This document shows positions 7,558 through 18,088 of a DNA stretch of 64,000 nt, in pieces. Source of the stretch: an uncultured cyanobacterium. GTDB taxonomy: Bacteria > Cyanobacteriota > Cyanobacteriia > PCC-9006 > JAAUQQ01. Location: positions 2,240,001-2,304,000 of the forward strand of contig OY970368.1 of the NCBI GenBank assembly GCA_963718615.1, given 5' to 3'. The translations under genes and the position numbers were made by a program. Positions within the stretch are counted from its first letter, which is position 1, and each line of letters starts with the position of its first letter. The notes below the pieces were generated by a model. It worked only from the letters and a program-made list of their open reading frames with translations, had not been told where the DNA came from and searched no databases.

Positions 7558-9672
7558 TTAAAACCTATCCACTTTCTTTTTGTAAACCTCTTCCATTGGA
7601 AGCAGTAATTTTCCCAAAATTTCACTTTTTATAGTGGAATCAATATTGGAAGTGTTTATCCCACGCAGCAGCAATAAATGAGCATCATAATACAGTCCGA
7701 GAACTTCCTTTTGAGATTCACTAAAATTCCACTCACGACCTAAACTGCGATATTGAAGAATCACATCCCTTAGAGCGTCAGCCCATTTCTTATGATTTGT
7801 GTTACACCACTCACGATGTAATTCTTTGTTCTCCCTCCATTCAGGTATTTGTACTTTCAAGCTCAGAAGCTCTTTCTCTAACTCAAAACTATTAACTGAA
7901 TGTACAGTCAAATGATTAACGAGAATTCTATTTAGGAAATCTAATCCAAGCCAGGGTGATTGTGTGTTGTCATCCGGCTCTACCCACCAAAACCCATAAT
8001 GACTACGCACATAAGCAACTATCAAATTCATATCTAAAGAAAATTCACCACTATTGCGGTAACAGGCTGTTTCTCCTATATCCTCATTACTAACATCATT
8101 GCCCATAAAGAAGGGATTGCGCTCTCTTGTGTTTTCTTCTTTAAGCTGATTGTCAAGAGCCATACATAGAGGTGGAAATACGCTATAGCTTATTTCTGAA
8201 GTAAAAACACCATTTAACGTTATGTTGTAATAAAGAAGGAAAGCACGAATGGCTTCTGGTAAATACTGCAATGTTAATGAGCAAGACTTTTGGTAAATCC
8301 AGGTTAAGAATTGCTGCAAATCTGAATCTTCAGATATAAGTCTATCAATTTCTTCCTTTAAAAGAAGGGTGAATTGATTTATAAATTCAGTTGACTCAAT
8401 GGCTATTTTCAGTACTTCCCACCATTGTCTATTAGAAACCTTCTTGGCTAAATTTTTTAACTCCTGTAAGTCACGCTTTTTAATAAGTCTTCTGGCTATA
8501 AAGTATTCTTGAAAAGTTAGATGAGAAAAGGAATAAATTCCCTGCGCTCTCTGAATTAATAATCCATGTTGTGCTTCAATTGCTCCTAAGACTGCTCTCC
8601 CGTCCTGAACTGAAATCTCTAGAAAATCTGATATATCTGTAACCAGTTCCCTATGTTCAAATAAGATATACTGCGATTGCTCAAATTTTTTTGCTGCCAA
8701 GTAACTTAATAGCTCTGTTTTCTGGTCTGCCGACAAATCTCGATAAATGCTGTCGCGCTCTATCTCTCGCACTTTATCCCATCTTTCTAGCAGTAAATCT
8801 AGCCCCTCTTCGTAAAGCCGAGAACGCTTTGAATAAAATTTTCCTGTTTGGTGAAACACTGCACAGGCTAAACTCAGAAGAATAGGCGTGGTCATTAATC
8901 GACGAATGGATTTATTGTCATAGTGTCCTAATCTACTGAGAAATTCTTGGGATTTTTCTTTTCCTTCAATAAGACTAGATGTGATTGCTGTAAACCAATG
9001 GACTACAAAATTCTCTAACTGTTCATCACTAAAGTCTGCAATCTCTACATAATCAAAATTGTCAAATCGTGACTCCTGATTTTGTATGCGGCAGGTTATC
9101 ACTAACTGATTTTGAGGGTGAGTGCGCGCGAATGACTTGATTTGTGTAGAGATTTTCTTACCGTTTGCTCCAGTTACCTCATCCAATCCATCTAATAGAA
9201 TCAATGCTCTACCGTGGTTCAAGATAAAGTTGGTTTCAGATTCAGCCAATTGCCAATGCTGGGCTAAGTAAGATTCCAATCTATAGTTAACGCTGTATCC
9301 ATCATCCACAAACTCTCGAAGCTTAATAAACACTGGAATGCGATGTGACTGTAAGCGTCCGTCATTACATTCCGTAATAATATGCTGTAGGTAGGTTGTT
9401 TTTCCTGATCCTGGTTTGCCAACCACCATCAAGTTTTTGTCTCTTGACAAACAATCTAAACCTGATATTCGTTGGAGTTGTTTACATAATCCGACTCGGT
9501 CTAGGCTACGACTATAAGAGTGCTGCTGGGCTTCCTGATTAAAATCTTGCCATAAATCATTCAGTTCAGATTTGCGGCTACTGTTAAGCCCTTCAAGAAT
9601 ATTCACATCTACAAACAATTCACTTAATGGCACCCAATGATCTATTCCCCACAGAGGCATTGTGCCATGCAA
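7558..9672 (-). CDS. NACHT-domain (STAND) NTPase; the frame stays open upstream to 9777
   Basis: Walker A GKPGSGKTT, Walker B LILLDGLDE, plus TCR, TPILL and FSHLTFQEYF motifs. AT-rich relative to flanking core genes. Confidence 0.9.
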   Translation of the reverse strand: MHGTMPLWGIDHWVPLSELFVDVNILEGLNSSRKSELNDLWQDFNQEAQQHSYSRSLDRVGLCKQLQRISGLDCLSRDKNLMVVGKPGSGKTTYLQHIITECNDGRLQSHRIPVFIKLREFVDDGYSVNYRLESYLAQHWQLAESETNFILNHGRALILLDGLDEVTGANGKKISTQIKSFARTHPQNQLVITCRIQNQESRFDNFDYVEIADFSDEQLENFVVHWFTAITSSLIEGKEKSQEFLSRLGHYDNKSIRRLMTTPILLSLACAVFHQTGKFYSKRSRLYEEGLDLLLERWDKVREIERDSIYRDLSADQKTELLSYLAAKKFEQSQYILFEHRELVTDISDFLEISVQDGRAVLGAIEAQHGLLIQRAQGIYSFSHLTFQEYFIARRLIKKRDLQELKNLAKKVSNRQWWEVLKIAIESTEFINQFTLLLKEEIDRLISEDSDLQQFLTWIYQKSCSLTLQYLPEAIRAFLLYYNITLNGVFTSEISYSVFPPLCMALDNQLKEENTRERNPFFMGNDVSNEDIGETACYRNSGEFSLDMNLIVAYVRSHYGFWWVEPDDNTQSPWLGLDFLNRILVNHLTVHSVNSFELEKELLSLKVQIPEWRENKELHREWCNTNHKKWADALRDVILQYRSLGREWNFSESQKEVLGLYYDAHLLLLRGINTSNIDSTIKSEILGKLLLPMEEVYKKKVDRF

Positions 9673-9777
9673 GCGTTGGATGTCGTCATGAAAACGAGAT
9701 CGTATTTGTTGTACTAATTCATCTAAGGAAATCTGTGGGGTGCTTAACTTTGTCGGTGCCCCTCCCGACGAGTTCAG

Positions 9778-10242
9778 TCAATCGGGCTTTACTCCATAGT
9801 AATTGTTATTGGTAATTGAACCTTGTTGAACCGAGGCGTTCGGCTGAATTTCTCTATTGTTAAATTGTTGTCCTGTTCCACCAAAAACATTTAATACGTT
9901 CTCAGCATCACAATTCTCAAATTGAATTACTTGATAGATTTCATGCACCAGAGTTTGAATTTCTTTCTCGAAAATTTCATCAACTTTCCATAACCCATTC
10001 AAGTAGTTTTTCAACTTCTGAATATCTTCTGGTGAGTCCTGGGCTGCTCCTGTTAATACCTTCTCTGCTTGGGGCTTGCCTTTGATAGCTTTTTGCCAAA
10101 CAGCTTCGCCTAGCTTCTGAATTAACTTTGTAACACTCTCACTGGTCTTTTTGCCCAATTCACCTGCACCGCCTTCGACAAATTTATCGAAAGCAACTTT
10201 TGCGATCGCCTGTGCTGCTGCCAAAGTAATCAGTTCCATCAT
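9778..10242 (-). CDS. Small hypothetical protein, in frame with the downstream NACHT gene (putative N-terminal adaptor domain)
   Basis: 154 aa; helical N-terminus (AFDKFVEGGAGELGKK) and N/Q/G-rich tail. Separated from the NACHT frame by a single TGA. Confidence 0.7.
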   Translation of the reverse strand: MMELITLAAAQAIAKVAFDKFVEGGAGELGKKTSESVTKLIQKLGEAVWQKAIKGKPQAEKVLTGAAQDSPEDIQKLKNYLNGLWKVDEIFEKEIQTLVHEIYQVIQFENCDAENVLNVFGGTGQQFNNREIQPNASVQQGSITNNNYYGVKPD

Positions 10243-10407
10243 GCTGACTTTACCGCTAACTCACCATCTCATTTTTACTCTACCAACACCGTAATGTCTG
10301 CAATCTTAGGATTTTTCCAGAAATTCATAGGCTAAGCTCATCATTGGTCTTTCTGTAATTATTGCTACTTACAGATAACCTCCCGGTGCGTCCCCACCGA
10401 GGACTAA

Positions 10408-10650
10408 GCAGCATAACAATCTGATTAGACTGAATCGATTCTGCCTAATCCCTTAAAAAGAGAGCGTTATACAGAACCTGTTCGGCCTATTCACTCCACA
10501 ATGAATATTAGACAGAATTGAATTCTGCATAACACCCCAAAACAGAAGATTAGGCGGAACCATCTTCCGTATAATATCCATAATTCCATGGATAAGACGA
10601 CCCAGAAAGTTTTTCCTTCAAGAATCTTTGCACGGATTTCCGTCTAATCC
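10408..10650. repeat. Phased array of degenerate 26-27 bp palindromes (attI-like or recombinase-binding region)
   Basis: Units start at 10424, 10466, 10507 and 10549 with consensus RTTAKRCNGAA-N4/5-TTCNGYMTAWY. Further half-sites at 10592 and 10638; GCAGCATAAC at 10408-10417. Confidence 0.7.
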
Positions 10651-11019
10651 CTTGCCTCCATAATAGTGCAAACGATCTAGTGCCGAAATCTGAAGATAAA
10701 CCAGCAGTGCAGTAAAATAGGGCACTGTCCTGCTTAGGAGTGATGCTCTCTGAAACCCAGTGAATTCGTGGATTTTAGCTACGAGATTTCGTTGATCACG
10801 CTTTCAAACATCAGTACGCAGTTCTAGATTCACACCGGGGCTCGCCTTCACTTGATGCCGCTCCGAGCCTGATAGATCAGTCTTAGATCAGAGAACCTGG
10901 GGAATCGCTCAACACCTCACCCACAGGCAGCTCCGGGTTATAACAGTTTTTCTTTTGGGAAAACTAAATTCAGCCCCCCAACGGCGATTCCGTACGGCAA
11001 TTCCCTGGCATAGAAGCCC

Positions 11020-12639
11020 ATGCTGAATCTTGTGCTTAATCTTGCTCTGTTTCGTCCGCCTCTAGTTGCCCTGACTCGTAGCCTCAAGCGCTCCGGCGTT
11101 GCGGCCTTGGGCTCTGGTTTGGCGATCGCCCTCTTCTTAGCGACACCGGGCAAAGCCGCCGAGCGGCTGTTGCTCCCCCTGGATGCTCCCCCTAAAATCC
11201 AAGGGTTTTTGAGCTGGACGCTCAAGCTTAACGAGGCCCAGGTCGAGCATTTCCTGAGTTCGCCCTTGGGGGCATCGCTCCTAGCCATTCCCAGCGACTG
11301 GATCGAGTTACCCGAGGGAGATGCCCAGGCCAGTTTGCGTCAGGCGATGGTGCGGGCGGCGGCGGAGCCGGAGGGACTGACGCTGTTAGGAATTTTGCGG
11401 CAGCTACCGCCCCAGGCTCAGGTGAATGCGGCGAAGGTGTCGGCCTTTGTCCGCCAGCGGGCAGAGTTGGACCAGCAGACGGAGGCGATCGCCCAATCCC
11501 TCGCCCAAAAAAGTCAGGCGATCGCCCGCACCGAATCGTTTCCCCCTAGAGCCACGGCCCTTGACCCCAGACGCCCCGGACCCTTTACGATTGCGCAACA
11601 AAGTTTGACCTTGAGGGACACAAAGCAAGATCCCCTCAAACCGGGCAAAACCGATCGTCCCCTTCAGGCCGATTTATATTTACCTCAGGAACAGTTGACC
11701 GAGGCTGGCGCTCCAGCTTCAATTCCCGTGGTCATTCTGTCCCATGGTTTGGGGGCAAACCGCGAAGGCCATGCCTTTTTTGCCCGCCATCTGGCCTCCT
11801 ATGGCATTGCCGCGATCATGGTTCAGCATCCCGGCAGCGATACAACCCAGCTCCAGGCCATGTTGCAGGGAGAGCGTCCGGACGCGATGGAAATCAGCGC
11901 CTTTATCGATCGCCCTCGGGATATTTCCTGGCTCCTAGACGAACTCGAACACCGCAACGCCCAGGATTTTCACAATCGCTTAAAGCTCGATCGGGTGGCG
12001 CTCTATGGTCATTCCCTGGGGGCCTACACAGCCCTGGCCTTGGCGGGGGCAGAACCCAATTTTGCCCAGCTTGAGCAAGACTGCACCCCTCAAAAGGTAG
12101 CGCTCAATCCCTCCCTAGTGGTGCAATGCCGTGCCCTGGCCCTCCCCCGTGAGCGTTGGAACCTTCGGGATCGTCGCATTGCCGCATTGCTGTTGTTTGA
12201 CCCCGTAGGCCGCAGCATTTTTGGTCCCCAGGGATTGAAGCAGGTGGCGATACCAGTTTTTTGGGGGGGCGATCGCAGCGATTTACTCACCCCCTTAGCG
12301 ACGGAGCAGCTACCCGCCTTTGAAGCCCTGGGCAGCCGAGAAAAATATTTCAGTCTGACCGAAGGGGTACAACACATCAATTTTCAGTGGAATCACCTGA
12401 CCCAAGCCCGCAGTCTGATGGAAACAGAGCTGATTGCGGCCAAACCCTTGCCGTACCAAACCTATGTCAATGCCCTGGGGCTGGCATTTGTGCAAGTACA
12501 GTTGGGCCAAAAGGCAGCGGCTGCGCCGGACCGCTCCGACTACCGACCCTACCTCAGCGCTTCCTATGCCCAACAGCTCAGCACCGCCTCCTATCCCCTC
12601 AGTTTTATCCCCCCCAATTTTTCGCTTTCCCAGAAATAG
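11020..12639 (+). CDS. Alpha/beta hydrolase with DUF1400-like N-terminus
   Basis: SHGLG, HPGSD, DRPRDIS and nucleophile GHSLG motifs; signal-peptide-like N-terminus. Confidence 0.85.
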   Translation: MLNLVLNLALFRPPLVALTRSLKRSGVAALGSGLAIALFLATPGKAAERLLLPLDAPPKIQGFLSWTLKLNEAQVEHFLSSPLGASLLAIPSDWIELPEGDAQASLRQAMVRAAAEPEGLTLLGILRQLPPQAQVNAAKVSAFVRQRAELDQQTEAIAQSLAQKSQAIARTESFPPRATALDPRRPGPFTIAQQSLTLRDTKQDPLKPGKTDRPLQADLYLPQEQLTEAGAPASIPVVILSHGLGANREGHAFFARHLASYGIAAIMVQHPGSDTTQLQAMLQGERPDAMEISAFIDRPRDISWLLDELEHRNAQDFHNRLKLDRVALYGHSLGAYTALALAGAEPNFAQLEQDCTPQKVALNPSLVVQCRALALPRERWNLRDRRIAALLLFDPVGRSIFGPQGLKQVAIPVFWGGDRSDLLTPLATEQLPAFEALGSREKYFSLTEGVQHINFQWNHLTQARSLMETELIAAKPLPYQTYVNALGLAFVQVQLGQKAAAAPDRSDYRPYLSASYAQQLSTASYPLSFIPPNFSLSQK

Positions 12640-12702
12640 CTCTGTATCAAATCAGATCCGTAGGGCTATGATGGAGCGGATTTATCCCGATCGCATCCAC
12701 TC

Positions 12703-14061
12703 ATGGCGTTGCTTTTGACGGTGTCCCTAGCCGGTTTATCCCTGGCCGGTTTATTAAATGGTTTTCCAACGGTTTATCCCTTAGCGTTGGTGGCTCAGAA
12801 GGATTTGATGATTGATCTAGAGCCAATTATTGATCTAGAAGCAATTTTAAAGTTAGGGGAGGGGCAGGAGCTCAAGCAGGAGCCTCAGGCGGAGCCAAGT
12901 TTACCGGATGAGGCGCTGAATTCAGACGAAAAATTAGCAGAACAAGAAGTTGTTGAACCTCAGCCGGAGCCTTTCGATGCGGCCTCAGCCTATCCCAGTT
13001 TTGGCAGTGCGCCCTTGGATGTGCAGTTACGCCGCTATTTGAATTACCTGTTGGTGATGGGGCCACCGGATATTTTTATCGTGGGTAGCTCTCGGGCAAC
13101 CCAGGGTGTCGACCCACTGATTTTGCAGCAGGCCTTGGGGGAGCGGGGCTATCCAGGGCTCAAAGTGTTTAACTGGGGCATTAATGGAGCGACTGCTCAA
13201 GTGGTGGATGTGCTGGTGCGGGAAATTTTGACCCCAGCACAGCAGCCTCGGCTAATTCTCTGGGCCGATGGTTCACGGTCTTTTAGTAGTGGGCGACGCG
13301 ATCGCACGTTTGAAAATTTGGTGCGATCGCCCGGCTATCGATTGCTCAAGCAAGGACAACGGCCCCAGCTCACGGAACCGGAACAACAGCAGTTTGCCCA
13401 ACTGCGGACGGTCCTCCAGGAAGGACTGCCGACGCTACCCGATAATCTCAAACAGCAATTGACCGTAAACGCTGCCAAACGTCCGACGGTCCCACAGACG
13501 GTTCCACTGCGCACCTTTTTTGTCGACTGGTGTTCGAGGGAGCAGGGGCCTTGTTCTCGGCCAGTGATTTTCCAATCGGGAGCCCTGGCAGAAACCATCG
13601 CCTTTAATGCGGAGCCCTTTTTGGAGGCATCTGGATTTCAGATCAACAACCAGCGGTTTAATCCCCAAACCTATTTCCAGTTTTATCCCTGGATTACGGG
13701 AGAATTTGACGGGGACTACCAAAACTTCAGCCTCTGGGGCCACCAGCATCGGGCGCTCAAGCGGCTCTTAGGGTTTGCCCAGCGACAACGGATGCAGGTG
13801 GCGTTTTTGAGTTTGCCCCTCACCCAAACCTATCTCGATCCAGTCCGTCGTCAGCGGGAAGACGCGTTTATCATCTATATGAAAGAGATGGCGAAGGATC
13901 GGACGCTTAACTTTTACGATTTCAGTCGGCTTTGGCCCAATCGCAATGACTTTTTTATTGACCCTAGCCATGTCAACCGCTACGGTGCCGCAGCAGTATC
14001 TTGGCAGTTTGCCCAGGAGATCGATCAAGCCATTCTAGAAAAACTGAAGCGGCCCCGATGA
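12703..14061 (+). CDS. SGNH-like/DUF1574-type protein
   Basis: IVGSSRA, NWGINGAT and C-terminal F.DPSH.N motifs. Confidence 0.7.
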   Translation: MALLLTVSLAGLSLAGLLNGFPTVYPLALVAQKDLMIDLEPIIDLEAILKLGEGQELKQEPQAEPSLPDEALNSDEKLAEQEVVEPQPEPFDAASAYPSFGSAPLDVQLRRYLNYLLVMGPPDIFIVGSSRATQGVDPLILQQALGERGYPGLKVFNWGINGATAQVVDVLVREILTPAQQPRLILWADGSRSFSSGRRDRTFENLVRSPGYRLLKQGQRPQLTEPEQQQFAQLRTVLQEGLPTLPDNLKQQLTVNAAKRPTVPQTVPLRTFFVDWCSREQGPCSRPVIFQSGALAETIAFNAEPFLEASGFQINNQRFNPQTYFQFYPWITGEFDGDYQNFSLWGHQHRALKRLLGFAQRQRMQVAFLSLPLTQTYLDPVRRQREDAFIIYMKEMAKDRTLNFYDFSRLWPNRNDFFIDPSHVNRYGAAAVSWQFAQEIDQAILEKLKRPR

Positions 14062-14077
14062 CTCACCCATTACTCCA

Positions 14078-14734
14078 ATGGCAATCAAATCAATGGTGCT
14101 CAAAGACTGGGTACGCAAGGGATTGGGCCTCGCGTCAACTCTGCAACCCGCCCTAAAACTAATCCCAAAATTAATCCCAAAGTTAATCCCAAAGTTAATC
14201 CCCAAACTAATCCTTTCGCTGGGGTTAGTCGGGGTAATTCTGTGGAGCAGCTTTCCGGGGCAGGCTAGGGCGGAGATCCATACCTATCCCGAGAATGCTG
14301 ACCAAATCATGTATCGTTCCCGGTTGAGCCTGAGGGATGACCAAGACCAAGCGTGGCAAACGATTGTGTTTAAGCGGGTTCGTGTCGGTCAGGTGACAGA
14401 ATTTAAGCTGCGACTGGTGGGCTTTCCAGGACAGGTGGCGTTGGCCCATCCAGTACCGTTGCACATTCATCAGCTCGCCTATGAGCATTGGTCCGCTGCG
14501 GATGAGACCGAACAGGATCCCCAAATTCTGTCGGTTTTGGCGACCGTGGGGCAATATGACCTCCGAACCGTCATGCAGGATCTCGATCGCGCAGCCCCCC
14601 TAACGCTGGAAATTCCAGTAGAGCAACCTAATGACCAGGGCATTGAATACAGAACCTTGCTGGTGCCTCCCTATGCTGTGCGAGAGTGGTTGAGACTTAA
14701 AGACTCGACACCAACGGCTTCAACGGGATTTTGA
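14078..14734 (+). CDS. DUF3122 domain protein
   Basis: YRSRLSLRD...AWQTIVFKR...LRLVGFPG; KLIP tandem repeats in the signal region (14156-14215). Confidence 0.75.
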   Translation: MAIKSMVLKDWVRKGLGLASTLQPALKLIPKLIPKLIPKLIPKLILSLGLVGVILWSSFPGQARAEIHTYPENADQIMYRSRLSLRDDQDQAWQTIVFKRVRVGQVTEFKLRLVGFPGQVALAHPVPLHIHQLAYEHWSAADETEQDPQILSVLATVGQYDLRTVMQDLDRAAPLTLEIPVEQPNDQGIEYRTLLVPPYAVREWLRLKDSTPTASTGF

Positions 14735-14940
14735 ATGGGTTCAAGCCGATAGCCCAAAACCTGGATGTCATGACAAAAAAAACCTCGCTTGGGATGGAGC
14801 GAGAAGGCTGGCGCTTGGCCATTTTTCCATTCCGCTTCGGTCAAGAGTGCTGCGCCCTGGGAGCAGGGAATCAGTTGAATGGGAACCTGACGGCTCCGAG
14901 ACACCAAAACATGGGTGGGCTGAAACGTTGACTGAGACAT
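14671..14940 (-). CDS. Small cyanobacterial hypothetical protein
   Basis: Likely start ATG 14940 (MSQSTFQPTHVLVSRSRQVP) within ORF 14671..15093; overlaps the 3' end of the convergent gene. Confidence 0.55.
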   Translation of the reverse strand: MSQSTFQPTHVLVSRSRQVPIQLIPCSQGAALLTEAEWKNGQAPAFSLHPKRGFFCHDIQVLGYRLEPIQNPVEAVGVESLSLNHSRTA

Positions 14941-15507
14941 TCTTGAGGTAACCTCCACAGGTGTTAAACGTAAAAACACGTTGTCTTCACTGGGATGCAA
15001 CCAAACCTGACTTAATCCTGAAGGCATCGGATCCATAAACGGCTGAACATCCATTCCCATGAATATCCAGGCAAAATTCATAAACCCATGCAAAGCGCTC
15101 TACGGGGCCGCCAAGAACCAAGCCAAAAGCAGGGCTCCCATAAAGAGACGGCTGTAGAGCGGATTGCTCAATATTCTCTTCACCCCTCTGTCTTCTTCCT
15201 AGGGTGAATCCATCGAAAATTCGTGGGGGACTGCAAAATTAAGCCGTGAATTTACTTATCAAGTGAGAAGAAAAATGGTGCATTCCTAAGAGTAGGCCTG
15301 CACAAAAGCAAGCCGGGTAGCAACCCCCCCACGTCACTACGGCTCTCCCCACCCCCGAATTGAGGAGTTGGTCGTTAAAGTGTTGAAGAGGAACATTAAG
15401 AGACCGTAACACTTTCAGGAGTACAAGGGTGCATTCAGGGTTGATTTAACGGTCCGTTCATCTCCTCCCGTTCATTCCCTCAATCTGGTGAGGCTTTAAA
15501 GCGTCGT

Positions 15508-18003
15508 ATGTTTGAATACTTCACAGACCGTGCCATTGCAGTTGTTATGCTTGCCCAGGAGGAAGCGCGTCGGCTCGCCCATGCCTCTGTGGGAACGGAG
15601 CAGATTCTGCTGGGCATGCTGCGGGAGCAAACCAGTCTTGCAGCCCAAATCCTCACTGAAATGGGGGTTGAGTTGGAAGAGGCTCGTGCAGTGGTGGAGG
15701 CGATCGCAGGACGGGGCAATGGACCTGTGCCTGCGGAAATTCCCTTTACGCCAAAAACACGCCGCTTGATGGAACAGGCGTTAGAAGAAGCCCGACAGCG
15801 GCATCAACGATTTGTGGGTCCCGAGCATTTGTTGTTGGCGATGCTGACCCAGGAGGAAACCGTAGCCATGCAGGTGCTGCGACGGATGCAGATTGCGGTG
15901 GAGGATCTCCAGCTTGAGCTGATTGAGGCGCTGGAAGAAGAACGCTTGGTGGCAGCAACGCCGGAGGCAAGTGCGCCGGGGTTGGTGCGGCCTCAGAAGC
16001 GGACACGGATGCCGATTTTGGATGAGTTTGGCACCAATTTAACCGAGAAGGCGCTGGCGGGGTTGATTGACCCGGTGGTGGGTCGCGATCGCGAGACCGA
16101 GCGAGTGATCCAAATTCTGGGTCGACGGACCAAAAATAATCCCATTTTGGTGGGAGAACCGGGGGTGGGCAAGACGGCGATCGCCGAGGGACTCGCCCAG
16201 CGGATTGTCCATCATGATGTGCCAGAAGTGTTGCAAGATGCCCAAATTATCAGCTTAGACCTGACGGCCTTGGTCTCCGGGACCCGGTTCCGGGGGGAGT
16301 TTGAAGAGCGTCTAACCCAGCTCCTGGCCGAGGTCCGGGAAGCGGGCAATATTGTCTTGATGATTGATGAAATCCATATGCTCATGGGCGCGGGAGCCAT
16401 GGGCGGCACGATGGATGCGGCGAATCTGATGAAGCCTGCGCTGGCTCGGGGCGAGCTACAGTGCATTGGGGCCACGACGATGGCGGAGTTTCGTCAATAT
16501 ATTGAACGGGATCCGGCACTAGAGCGTCGATTCCAGCCGGTGCAGGTGGGTGAACCCTCGACGACGGAAACCTTGGAAATTTTGCAGGGGGTTCGTAGTG
16601 TCTATGAACAGCACCATCGGTTGGTGATTACGGATGAGGCCTTGGCTGCGGCGGCAACGCTGTCGGATCGGTATATTAGCGATCGCTTCCTCCCGGACAA
16701 AGCCATTGATCTCATTGACGAAGCGGCCTCCCGTGTGCGGTTACGCTATAGCCAAGGCCAGTGGAATCGAGATATTAAGCAGGAATTGCGCACGGTCTAC
16801 TTGGCCAAGCAAGAGGCAATTCGCAGTCAAGACTATGCCGTAGCGGCGGAATTGCGGGAGCGCGAAGTCAGCCTAGAGGCCCAGCTTCAGTCCCAGCGAA
16901 CCCCGGCGGAAGTGATGGAGTCGGTGGCGGCTCCAGTCCCGGCATTGCAAACGCCCAAGGTCGACGCGGAAGATATTGCCCAGGTGTTGGCCGCCTGGAC
17001 TGGGGTGCCGGTGATGCGCCTAACGGAATCGGAATCGGTCATGCTGATGCATCTCGAAGACCGGCTCCATGAGCGGGTGATTGGTCAAGCGGAGGCCGTA
17101 ACAGCGGTGTCGCGGGCCATGCGTCGGGCTCGGGTCAATCTCAAGGGGGCTCATCGTCCCATCGCCAGCTTTTTCTTTAGCGGCCCCACGGGCGTTGGTA
17201 AAACCGAGTTAAGCAAAGCCCTAGCGGCGGAGCTGTTTGGCAGCACAGAGTCGATCATTCGGGTCGATATGTCCGAGTTTATGGAATCCCATACGGTGTC
17301 CAAACTGATTGGCGCTCCGCCGGGATTTGTCGGTCATGAAGAGGGCGGCAAGTTGACCGAAGCCATTCGCCGCCGCCCCTACAGCATCGTTTTGCTGGAT
17401 GAAGTCGAAAAGGCCCATCCCGATATTTTCAATCTGATGCTTCAGGTTTTGGACGATGGTCGCCTCACCGATAGCCATGGCCGTGTGGTGGACTTTAGCA
17501 ACACCGTGATTATTATGACCTCCAATCTTGGGGCCAAGAGCATTGAGAAGGGGGGAGCCAGCCTTGGGTTTGGTTGGGATGGCGATGACCAGCGCTATAA
17601 CCGCATTCGTGATCGCGTCCAAGAGGATCTCAAACAATTCTTCCCGCCCGAATTCCTCAACCGGATTGACGATGTGATTGTCTTCCAGCCGTTAACGGAA
17701 GCCGAAGTGGCTGAGATCGCTGAACTGATGGTGCGGGAGATTGGCGATCGCCTCCAAGGCAAGGGGATCGGTCTTCAGGTGTCAGCAGCCTTCAAGGCGC
17801 TAGCGGTCCAATCCGGATATGATGCCCGTTATGGGGCTCGTCCGCTCCGTCGAGCACTCCAGCGATTGCTAGAGGATGCCCTGGCAGAGGCGTTGCTGCG
17901 TGGCGACATCACTGAGGGGGATGTGGCAGTGGTCGATCTGAATGATGAACATCAAGTTGAGATTAAAGCCCAGCGCCAATTGGCTGAAGTCGTATCTCGA
18001 TAA
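15508..18003 (+). CDS. clpC: ATP-dependent Clp protease ATP-binding subunit ClpC
   Basis: Clp-N repeats (MFEYFTDRA), two AAA+ modules ([16 protein letters not shown]), UVR-like middle domain and GARPLRR. Confidence 0.92.
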   Translation: MFEYFTDRAIAVVMLAQEEARRLAHASVGTEQILLGMLREQTSLAAQILTEMGVELEEARAVVEAIAGRGNGPVPAEIPFTPKTRRLMEQALEEARQRHQRFVGPEHLLLAMLTQEETVAMQVLRRMQIAVEDLQLELIEALEEERLVAATPEASAPGLVRPQKRTRMPILDEFGTNLTEKALAGLIDPVVGRDRETERVIQILGRRTKNNPILVGEPGVGKTAIAEGLAQRIVHHDVPEVLQDAQIISLDLTALVSGTRFRGEFEERLTQLLAEVREAGNIVLMIDEIHMLMGAGAMGGTMDAANLMKPALARGELQCIGATTMAEFRQYIERDPALERRFQPVQVGEPSTTETLEILQGVRSVYEQHHRLVITDEALAAAATLSDRYISDRFLPDKAIDLIDEAASRVRLRYSQGQWNRDIKQELRTVYLAKQEAIRSQDYAVAAELREREVSLEAQLQSQRTPAEVMESVAAPVPALQTPKVDAEDIAQVLAAWTGVPVMRLTESESVMLMHLEDRLHERVIGQAEAVTAVSRAMRRARVNLKGAHRPIASFFFSGPTGVGKTELSKALAAELFGSTESIIRVDMSEFMESHTVSKLIGAPPGFVGHEEGGKLTEAIRRRPYSIVLLDEVEKAHPDIFNLMLQVLDDGRLTDSHGRVVDFSNTVIIMTSNLGAKSIEKGGASLGFGWDGDDQRYNRIRDRVQEDLKQFFPPEFLNRIDDVIVFQPLTEAEVAEIAELMVREIGDRLQGKGIGLQVSAAFKALAVQSGYDARYGARPLRRALQRLLEDALAEALLRGDITEGDVAVVDLNDEHQVEIKAQRQLAEVVSR

Positions 18004-18054
18004 CTGAGCTCGATCATTGAAAATTATCGTTCTAAGCTGAGTTCAAAGACGTTG

Positions 18055-18088
18055 AAAAGGGGGCTGCAGGTTGCAGCCCCCTTTTTTT
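18055..18088. terminator. Rho-independent (bidirectional-type) terminator after clpC
   Basis: AAAAGGGGGCTGCA-GGT-TGCAGCCCCCTTTTTTT: a perfect hairpin with a U tract. Confidence 0.9.

Noticed and set aside
9752-9780. UGA plus hairpin as a selenocysteine/SECIS signal
   Set aside because: The position is a linker with no redox motif, no sel genes are visible, and Sec use is not typical of cyanobacteria.
10424-10575. Regularly spaced palindromes as a CRISPR array
   Set aside because: The repeats are too degenerate, the spacers are only about 15-16 bp, and no cas genes are adjacent. An attI-like or protein-binding array fits better.
10660-11000. Possible intI remnant next to the palindrome array
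   Set aside because: No integrase-like peptide was recognisable by eye; a tBLASTn search would be needed.
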